This document shows positions 9,231 through 16,433 of a DNA stretch of 64,000 bases, in pieces. The notes under the pieces are model-generated. The model saw only the letters and a program-made list of their open reading frames with translations. It ran no database searches and had not been told where the DNA came from. The stretch is from Phycisphaerae bacterium. GTDB taxonomy: Bacteria; Planctomycetota; Phycisphaerae; UBA1845. Location of the stretch: the NCBI GenBank assembly GCA_963666835.2, contig CAXXGO010000001.1, forward strand, positions 1,856,001 to 1,920,000, given 5' to 3'. Position numbers and translations under genes: made by a program. Every line of letters starts with the position of its first letter. Positions within the stretch are counted from its first letter, which is position 1.

Positions 9231-10110
9231 CGCGTGCGCCGGTGATCTCCGTGTCGTCCTGCACGGAAGTTTTGGGAGCGGCCCTCTGGGGGCTGAGGGC
9301 CGCCGCCGGGTCATTGTTGCCTTGTTGGAGTCCGGGGTTGCCGTAAGTTGCAATGACGGCAGCTTGTCACCAAGGGACGTTAATTCGGAAGCCGTCTTGG
9401 TCTTGGGGAATTTCGGCGAGTGCCCGCCATCTGAGATGGTGGGACACGGTCATGGATCGCGGCTTCATTACGATGACGTTTCCGGACTGGATTCCGACGG
9501 GGTTGTGACGCTGGTCCATAAGAGAAGGCAGAGGCTGGGGGCACCCGAGCCGGGTGCATGGCTGCCGTGGTTCCCGGTGATCGACTACGATCGCTGCACG
9601 AGCTGCAAGCAGTGCCTCAGCTTCTGCCTTTTCGGCGTTTTCGGGGTGGATGATTCCGATCGCGTCGTTGTCGCGAATGCCGCCAAGTGCAAGACCGGCT
9701 GTCCCGCCTGCTCGCGCGTGTGCCCCAACACGGCCATAATGTTCCCGAAATTCGAAGGCTCGCCGGTAAACGGGGCGGTGGTTGATGACACCGGTAGGAT
9801 ACGCGAGCCCGTGAAGGTCAATCTTGACGACCTTCTGGGTGGAGACGTCAACGCCGCTCTGCGAGAGCGTAGTCGACGCGCCGGGCAACGCTTCTCCGTG
9901 GAGCCGGCTGGGATGAGCTCACGGCTGGACAAGCTCAAGGAAATGCAGGACGAGCTGGGCATCCCCGATGAAGTGCTGGCGGGTCTGAAGCCCATGTGCG
10001 CTTGCCAACGTCGGGCCGCCGAGCAAGCCGCGGCCCAGCGCAATGCTACCTCCGGGACAACAGAGGAGTCGCCCGCACCGTCGAAGTCGACGCAGGAGTG
10101 GGACATCTAG
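9223..10110 (+). CDS. 2x[4Fe-4S] ferredoxin-domain protein
   Basis: CTSCKQCLSFC and CKTGCPACSRVCP. The ATG overlaps the end of the previous gene. Confidence 0.88.
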   Translation: MSDACAGDLRVVLHGSFGSGPLGAEGRRRVIVALLESGVAVSCNDGSLSPRDVNSEAVLVLGNFGECPPSEMVGHGHGSRLHYDDVSGLDSDGVVTLVHKRRQRLGAPEPGAWLPWFPVIDYDRCTSCKQCLSFCLFGVFGVDDSDRVVVANAAKCKTGCPACSRVCPNTAIMFPKFEGSPVNGAVVDDTGRIREPVKVNLDDLLGGDVNAALRERSRRAGQRFSVEPAGMSSRLDKLKEMQDELGIPDEVLAGLKPMCACQRRAAEQAAAQRNATSGTTEESPAPSKSTQEWDI

Positions 10111-10137
10111 CCGAGACTCCAGCTCGAGGGCGCCGGA

Positions 10138-11334
10138 ATGATCTTCGCAACTTCCCGTCGGATGTGGCGCACTACCGATGCTCGCCTCTTCTGGAAGTTC
10201 GTCTATAACTTCGCTTACAAGGGAATGCGTTCCGTTCAGCGTTTCAAGAAGCGGCTCAGGAAGGGGCTGTATTTCCCGCCGTTTATGTTCATCTCCATTA
10301 TTAACACCTGTAATCTCCGCTGTCGGGGGTGTTGGGTGGACGTGGATGCCCCGCCGACTTTGATCTCGCTGCCCGACTTGGATCGGCTTATCAAACGCGC
10401 CAAGGTGCACGGCAATCGCTTCTTCGGATTGCTCGGAGGCGAGCCGTTTCTCCACCCGGATCTCATTCCGTTGCTTGAGAAGCACCCCGATTGTTACTTC
10501 CAGATATTCACGAACGGTCATTTCATCACGGATGAAGTGGCTGCCCGACTTCACCAGGTGGGCAACGCGACCCCGTTGGTCAGTATCGAGGGCTCGGAGG
10601 TGGTCAGCGACGAGCGACGCGGACGCTCGGGCGTCTACAACAAAAGCCTCGCCGGGCTCGAGGCCTGTATTCGCCATCGGTTGATTACCGGGGTGACGAC
10701 AAGCGTTTGTCAGAACAACTACGACGATCTGGTCAGCGAGCGTTGGGTGGACGAGCTTATCCGACGCGGTGTGCATTATGTATGGTATACGACCTATCGG
10801 CCGGTCGGACCCGACCCGGCGCGCGAGCTGGCCTTGCGCCCCGAGCAGCTTCTGGGCGTGCGGCGGTTTGCCATGAAGACGCGTAATACCAAGCCGATTG
10901 CGGTGGTGGATGCGTACTGGGATGATAAAGGTCGGGCGTTGTGCCCGGCGGCCGTGGGGATAAGCCACCACATTAGCCCGTCCGGAGATGTCGAACCCTG
11001 TCCGATCGTCCAGTTCGCCAAAGACACAATACACGACAACGGCGGTGACATTTTTCAGACAATCACGCAGTCTTCGTTCCTGCGGGCGTTTCGGGAGGCT
11101 GCCATCGACGCGACGCGGGGCTGCATTCTGCTGGAACGACCGGAGATGCTCAAAGCGGTCGTAGAAAGTCAACATGCTCGGGATACGACGGCGCGGGCAA
11201 CGGCATTGGCGGAGCTGACCGTGATGACGCCGCTCGACAGCCAGCATCAGCCCGGGTGGGAAGTTCCGGAGGAGAATTGGGTGTACCGGCTTACGAAGAA
11301 GTACTGGTTCTTCGGTTTCGGGGCGTATACATAG
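10138..11334 (+). CDS. Radical SAM enzyme with a SPASM/twitch-like C-terminus
   Basis: CNLRCRGC, GGEP, FTNG, SIEG; C-terminal CPAA...SPSGDVEPC...GC. Confidence 0.93.
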   Translation: MIFATSRRMWRTTDARLFWKFVYNFAYKGMRSVQRFKKRLRKGLYFPPFMFISIINTCNLRCRGCWVDVDAPPTLISLPDLDRLIKRAKVHGNRFFGLLGGEPFLHPDLIPLLEKHPDCYFQIFTNGHFITDEVAARLHQVGNATPLVSIEGSEVVSDERRGRSGVYNKSLAGLEACIRHRLITGVTTSVCQNNYDDLVSERWVDELIRRGVHYVWYTTYRPVGPDPARELALRPEQLLGVRRFAMKTRNTKPIAVVDAYWDDKGRALCPAAVGISHHISPSGDVEPCPIVQFAKDTIHDNGGDIFQTITQSSFLRAFREAAIDATRGCILLERPEMLKAVVESQHARDTTARATALAELTVMTPLDSQHQPGWEVPEENWVYRLTKKYWFFGFGAYT

Positions 11335-11374
11335 ACGCTCCGGTGGCGAGCGGCTTGGAGAGGTTCGGTAGGCG

Positions 11375-13207
11375 ATGATTCGACGACTAGACTCTGCCGA
11401 AGAGGCAACAAAGAAACCGCCGGATGGGATGCGCGGTTCATCCGCGGATGGCGAGGTTGCATCCAATGACCGGAGTGCCGCCCGCCTGGAAGTCCCACCG
11501 AGAGTTCTCCGACAGGTATCCCGGCCGGCTCAAACCGGGGTTCCGGGCGACAAGTCGGCGCGGGATCGTCTGCGTTACTTCGCCCGGCGCCGGGTGGAAC
11601 AAGAGAACCTGGTGCCGCCGCTGACATTGGAAGAGCTCCGCGAGCATGCCGGATTAGTGTGCGCGGCGGCGGGAGTGACCGAGGATTGCGCGGATTACGC
11701 CGTGATCGTTGTGAACAACGAAGCCTGGCGTGACACCCTGGCCGGGATACCATTCGATCGCCGGTTGCTCCTGCTTCCGAAGTGCTTGCGGGCGGACGGT
11801 CGGTGCCCGGCTCCCATCGACGAGTTCGGACTGGTGTGCCAATCGTGTGGCTCTTGCCTGATCAGTGAGCTACAGAGCGAGGCCGAGCAGCTCGGGTATG
11901 CGGTTCTGGTTGCCGAAGGCTCCGCGGTGGTGACCAAGATGATCGAGGCCGGGCGGATCGAAGCCGTGGTGGGCGTGAGCTGTATGAGCGTGCTGGAGAA
12001 GTGCTTCCCGCACATGGAGGCCCGCGCGGTTCCCGGAGTTGCCGTCCCGCTGCTGCAGGACGGTTGCGCGAATACTACGGTTGATGTGGACTGGATCCGA
12101 GACGCGATGCATCTAACAAAAGACGATCGCACCTACCGCCTGGATCTTGATGCGCTCAAGACCGATGTGCAGAACTGGTTCGCTCCGGAAAGCCTGACCA
12201 AGTTGCTCGGTACTCCGCTGGGGGAGACCGAAGCGATTGCTCGCGATTGGCTGGCCCGCGCCGGAAAACGATGGCGACCCTATCTGGCGGCTTGCGTCTA
12301 CGTTTCTCTGCAAGGCGACGGCGCAGTTAGCCCGCACGGTCTGCCGGACGATCTGAAGAAGCTGGCCATAGCGGTGGAGTGCTTTCACAAGGCGTCGTTG
12401 GTTCACGACGACATCGAGGATGGCGATGAGCAGCGGTACGGGTTCAAGGCGCTGCACGTTGAATGTGGCACACCGGTGGCACTAAATGTCGGGGACTTCC
12501 TGCTGGGTGAGGGGTACCGGCTGGTCGGGGAGCTGGACGTCGACGATGGTGTTAAGGTGGCCATGCTGCAGACCGCCGCGGGGGGGCACCTCACTCTAAG
12601 CCGCGGGCAGGGGGCGGAGCTGTGCTGGACGAGGCATCCGCAGCCGATGTCGACGCTGGAGGTGTTGGACATATTCCGCCAGAAGACGGCACCCGCCTTC
12701 GAGGTCGCGTTGCGTCTGGGGGCGTTCTACGGAGGGGCCGACGCGGGCGTCCACGACGTGCTGGTACGATACAGCGAGGCTTTGGGCATTGCTTATCAGA
12801 TCCGGGACGACCTGGAGGACTTCGCCGGGGTGGGCGACTCGAACGACCTCCGCGACTTACGCCCGTCGGTGGTGCTCGCTATTGCCCACAAGCGCGCGGC
12901 GGAAGGAGCGGATCGCGGTTTGACCACGGCGCTGTGGCGCCGGGAATGCGACTACGAGAAGGTCGCGGGGGACGTCAGGCGTTTGACCGATCGGTGCGGC
13001 GTGATCGAAACGGTGGAGAATCTTCTCGAAGCCTACACGGCTCAAGCGAATCGGTCGCTGCATCCTCTGAGAAGTCCCACTCTCAAGGGGCTTCTACGCC
13101 GCGTGATCGGTAGGATCTTCGGGAACGAGCAGATTCCGGGGTATTGCGATGAGTTTGAGGCTCGACATGCTGGACGCCGCCCGGGCGGCGCCGAACCTGC
13201 TGTGTGA
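11375..13207 (+). CDS. Cys-rich DUF116-like domain fused to a trans-polyprenyl diphosphate synthase
   Basis: N-terminal RRLLLLPKCLR..CPA..CQSCGSC..GVSC..DGC; C-terminal GKRWRP, FARM ASLVHDDIED, GQ, KT, SARM YQIRDDLED. Start codon uncertain. Confidence 0.9.
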   Translation: MIRRLDSAEEATKKPPDGMRGSSADGEVASNDRSAARLEVPPRVLRQVSRPAQTGVPGDKSARDRLRYFARRRVEQENLVPPLTLEELREHAGLVCAAAGVTEDCADYAVIVVNNEAWRDTLAGIPFDRRLLLLPKCLRADGRCPAPIDEFGLVCQSCGSCLISELQSEAEQLGYAVLVAEGSAVVTKMIEAGRIEAVVGVSCMSVLEKCFPHMEARAVPGVAVPLLQDGCANTTVDVDWIRDAMHLTKDDRTYRLDLDALKTDVQNWFAPESLTKLLGTPLGETEAIARDWLARAGKRWRPYLAACVYVSLQGDGAVSPHGLPDDLKKLAIAVECFHKASLVHDDIEDGDEQRYGFKALHVECGTPVALNVGDFLLGEGYRLVGELDVDDGVKVAMLQTAAGGHLTLSRGQGAELCWTRHPQPMSTLEVLDIFRQKTAPAFEVALRLGAFYGGADAGVHDVLVRYSEALGIAYQIRDDLEDFAGVGDSNDLRDLRPSVVLAIAHKRAAEGADRGLTTALWRRECDYEKVAGDVRRLTDRCGVIETVENLLEAYTAQANRSLHPLRSPTLKGLLRRVIGRIFGNEQIPGYCDEFEARHAGRRPGGAEPAV

Positions 13208-14036
13208 GGCCGGCGACCGCATTGTCGAGTTTCTCCACGGGCAACTCAATAGTGACGGTGGCGGAAAGGACCGCGCGGGCGATAGCGATCTGTACTATAC
13301 GGTGTTCGTGCTGGACGGTCTGACCGCAATGGGAGAGGCCTTCCCCGTCGATGCGACTGCGGAGTATCTTCGCCGCTTCGGAGACGGGACCGGACTCGAT
13401 TTCGTGCACCGGGCGTGTTTGGCGCGGTGTTGGGCGGCTTTACCGGGTTGCCCGGTTTCCGAAGAGGTGGGGGAGTCTCTTCTTCGCGGGCTCGAGGATT
13501 GCCGCACGGACGATGGGGGCTACGGCCCGACTTCCGATAGTGAATCCGGGACCGTGTATGACTCTTTTCTGGCGTTTGGGGCGTACGAGGATCTCGGGCG
13601 ACCGCTGCCCCGTCCTGCGGATCTCGGTGTGTGCCTGGACGGCCTTCGAACTGACGACGGCGCTTACGCCAATGAGCAAGGAGTGAAGATCGGGACTACT
13701 CCGGCGACCGCGGCCGCGGCGATCCTGGCCCATCGCTTGAGCTCGAAGCCGGACGACCGAGTGGGCGAGTGGTTGCTTGCTCGGGCGCGGCCAGGCGGTG
13801 GGTTTCTGGCGTTTCCCGAGGCCCCGATTCCCGATCTTCTGTCAACGGCGACGGCGTTGCACGCGCTCGCTCAGCTTGGCGTACCTTTCACGCGCAACAA
13901 AGATCGCTGTCTGGACTTCGTGGACAGCTTGTGGACCGGGCAGGCGTTCTGTGGACATTGGGCTGATGAAGTGGTCGACAGTGAATACACTTACTATGCG
14001 CTATTGGCCCTCGGGCATCTGGGGGCGGCAGCATGA
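13149..14036 (+). CDS. Prenyltransferase/squalene-oxidase-repeat (alpha/alpha barrel) protein
   Basis: Repeated (Q/R)xxDGG(Y/F) motifs: QLNSDGG, RTDDGGY, RTDDGAY, ARPGGGF; DLYYT and DSEYTYYAL. Overlaps the upstream gene by 59 bp. Confidence 0.85.
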   Translation: MSLRLDMLDAARAAPNLLCEAGDRIVEFLHGQLNSDGGGKDRAGDSDLYYTVFVLDGLTAMGEAFPVDATAEYLRRFGDGTGLDFVHRACLARCWAALPGCPVSEEVGESLLRGLEDCRTDDGGYGPTSDSESGTVYDSFLAFGAYEDLGRPLPRPADLGVCLDGLRTDDGAYANEQGVKIGTTPATAAAAILAHRLSSKPDDRVGEWLLARARPGGGFLAFPEAPIPDLLSTATALHALAQLGVPFTRNKDRCLDFVDSLWTGQAFCGHWADEVVDSEYTYYALLALGHLGAAA

Positions 14037-15958
14037 CCGACGTTCCCGATACGCTCGACCTTGAAAGCGTGGAACAGGTTCTCCTCGCCGCTCGCCGCGA
14101 GTTGCTTGATCGACGTACTGCGGGAGGAGTCTGGGAGGGGGAGCTGTCGAGCAGCGCTCTGTCCACAGCAACGGCCGTGTGCGCACTAGCCTTGTTGGAC
14201 AATGCCGATCATTCGGACGATCTGGTCGAACTAGTGCGGCAAGGTGTCGCCTGGTTGGCAGAGCACCAGAACATTGATGGCGGCTGGGGTGACACCGTTA
14301 ACAGCCCCAGCAACATCAGTACGACCACGCTCTGCTGGGCGGCGCTGGGCGCCGGCTGGCGGTTGGTTGAGGATCGCCGAGCTGTTGCGGAGCGGGCCGA
14401 AGCGTGGCTGCGACGCCGAGCGAAAGACCTTTCTCCGGCGGGGCTGGCCCGGGCGATCACCGCAGTCTACGGGCGAGATCGCACATTCTCCATTCCGATC
14501 TTGACAATGTGCGCGCTCTCCGGAAGGTTCGGAACGGGTCGCGACGCATGGCGGTCGATCCCGGCGTTACCGTTCGAGCTGGCCGCCCTGCCCCACACCT
14601 GGTTCTCCCGGATCGGCTTGCCGGTGGTTAGCTATGCTCTGCCCGCTTTGATCGCCGTGGGGCAGGTCCGCCACCATCACCGGGCGACCCGTAACCCCGT
14701 CACGCGGTTGCTTCGCCGGTTGGCTCGCCCCAAGACCCTGCGCGTGTTACAGGCCATCCAGCCGGAATCCGGGGGCTTTCTGGAAGCAACGCCGCTGACC
14801 AGCTTCGTAATGATGAGCCTCGTCTCGGCGGGAGAGTGGACGCACCCCGTGGTCCAGCGCGGGCGGGCATTCCTGGCTGAATCCGTTCGAACGGACGGAA
14901 GCTGGCCGATCGACACGAACCTCTCTACCTGGCTCACCACCCTATCGGTAAACGCCTTGCACGGCGGGAGCGGTCCGACGGACACGTTGTCGACCGACGA
15001 GCTGGCCGGCCTGCGTCGCTGGCTGCTGGGGCAACAGCACCGCCGTGAACATCCGTACACGCACGCGGCAGGGGGGGGCTGGGCCTGGACGGACCTGAGC
15101 GGTGGCGTACCGGACGCGGACGACACGGCCGGGGTTCTGTTGGCCCTGCGGAATCTGACCGGCGGCTGCGGGGATGGCGGAAGTGCTATGGGAGAAGTCC
15201 GAGATGCGGTTACGTCCGGGGTTCGCTGGCTCGTGGGGTTGCAGAATCGTGACGGAGGAATGCCGACATTCTGTCGGGGCTGGGGCAAGCTGCCGTTTGA
15301 TCGAAGTACTGCTGATCTGACCGCCCATGCCTTACGGGCTTGGTGTGCCTGGCGCGATACCTTGCCCTATGAACTGCGCGAACAGGTGCGGCGAGCGATG
15401 CACCGGGCCGTAGAGTATCTTGTCCGCACGCAACGCCGGGATGGGGCGTGGGTGCCGCTGTGGTTCGGTAACCAGAAGAGTCCGAAGCAAGAGAGTCCGC
15501 TTTACGGCACCTCGCGTGTTCTGCGGGCGGGCAACATTGTGCCGACCGATGGAACTTTGGCGCAGGCTTGGACAGCCGCCGGCCGCCGGGCGGTGGATTG
15601 GGTGCTCTCGGCCCAGAACAAGGACGGTGGCTGGGGCGGGGCGGCCGCGGTGGCGTCGTCAGTTGAGGAAACGGCGCTTGCGGTGGAGGCGCTGGCGGGA
15701 GTGGCCGCAGAAGGAAACGGCAAGATCGCCGGAGCCATTGGTCGCGGGTGTGCATACCTCGTAAATCGCACTGAGGGCGGCACCCGTTTCGAACCGGCGC
15801 CCATCGGGCTGTACTTCGCGAGACTGTGGTATTACGAGAGCCTGTACCCGCTCGTGTATACCGTCAGTGCTTTGGAACATGTGCTCGGCTGTGGCGACGT
15901 TGTGGGCAGAGGCGTCAATCGGAGCAAGACATCCGTTCCATCCGATCCGGGCCGGTGA
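14033..15958 (+). CDS. Squalene-hopene-cyclase-like class II terpene cyclase
   Basis: Catalytic PDADDTA; QW repeats QNIDGGWG, QNRDGG, QRRDGAW, QNKDGGWG; WEGEL start. ATGA overlap with the upstream gene. Confidence 0.92.
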   Translation: MTDVPDTLDLESVEQVLLAARRELLDRRTAGGVWEGELSSSALSTATAVCALALLDNADHSDDLVELVRQGVAWLAEHQNIDGGWGDTVNSPSNISTTTLCWAALGAGWRLVEDRRAVAERAEAWLRRRAKDLSPAGLARAITAVYGRDRTFSIPILTMCALSGRFGTGRDAWRSIPALPFELAALPHTWFSRIGLPVVSYALPALIAVGQVRHHHRATRNPVTRLLRRLARPKTLRVLQAIQPESGGFLEATPLTSFVMMSLVSAGEWTHPVVQRGRAFLAESVRTDGSWPIDTNLSTWLTTLSVNALHGGSGPTDTLSTDELAGLRRWLLGQQHRREHPYTHAAGGGWAWTDLSGGVPDADDTAGVLLALRNLTGGCGDGGSAMGEVRDAVTSGVRWLVGLQNRDGGMPTFCRGWGKLPFDRSTADLTAHALRAWCAWRDTLPYELREQVRRAMHRAVEYLVRTQRRDGAWVPLWFGNQKSPKQESPLYGTSRVLRAGNIVPTDGTLAQAWTAAGRRAVDWVLSAQNKDGGWGGAAAVASSVEETALAVEALAGVAAEGNGKIAGAIGRGCAYLVNRTEGGTRFEPAPIGLYFARLWYYESLYPLVYTVSALEHVLGCGDVVGRGVNRSKTSVPSDPGR

Positions 15959-15966
15959 ATTCGCCG

Positions 15967-16114
15967 GGGTGCCATGGCCACGTGTGAAAGAACTCCGGGA
16001 TCTTGACCCGGTTCTGCGTGGCCATGTTCACGTGTCACTGGAGACCTGTTCTGGGTGCTATGGCCACGTGTGAAGGAACTCCGGGATCTTGACCCCGTCC
16101 TGCGTGGCCATGTT
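15967..16114. repeat. Two tandem 62-bp REP-like palindromic units (86-bp period)
   Basis: GGGTGCYATGGCCACGTGTGAARGAACTCCGGGATCTTGACCCSGTYCTGCGTGGCCATGTT at 15967-16028 and 16053-16114. Each unit contains the inverted repeat ATGGCCACG/CGTGGCCAT. Confidence 0.85.
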
Positions 16115-16433
16115 TACGCGGACAACGTCGGCGACCGGGCACATTCCCAGGCCTCTGTAGGGGGTGGCCGGATCAGTTGGCGCGGGCGCGCCACCCATCA
16201 GCCGCGCTGCTTGCGTTGGCAAAATAGGCAGAGTACTAAGTCAGGGTCGTGCGCAAGTGGCTGGACTGTGTCTAAGGTACCCTTTGAAAGGCGGCGCGCG
16301 GGTTCCCGTCGGCTTCATCTGCCCTTTTCTTTGACCTCTCAAGATGGTACGCTGACCGTTCCGACCGGTGGTCCTTCCGGCGGCGCGTGGTGGGGCCAGT
16401 GGCGTTTTCAGTATTAATAGCGAGGAATTTAGC

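Noticed and set aside
9919..11466. Long antisense ORFs (this 515-aa one, also 2811-4169, 43984-45456, 29995-31143, 56928-57920)
   Set aside because: Shadow frames of well-supported genes, expected at high GC; no motifs.
14033..15958. Calling this a canonical shc / hopanoid cluster
   Set aside because: No hpnCDE, hpnG or hpnH context; the substrate is unproven, so no gene symbol was given.
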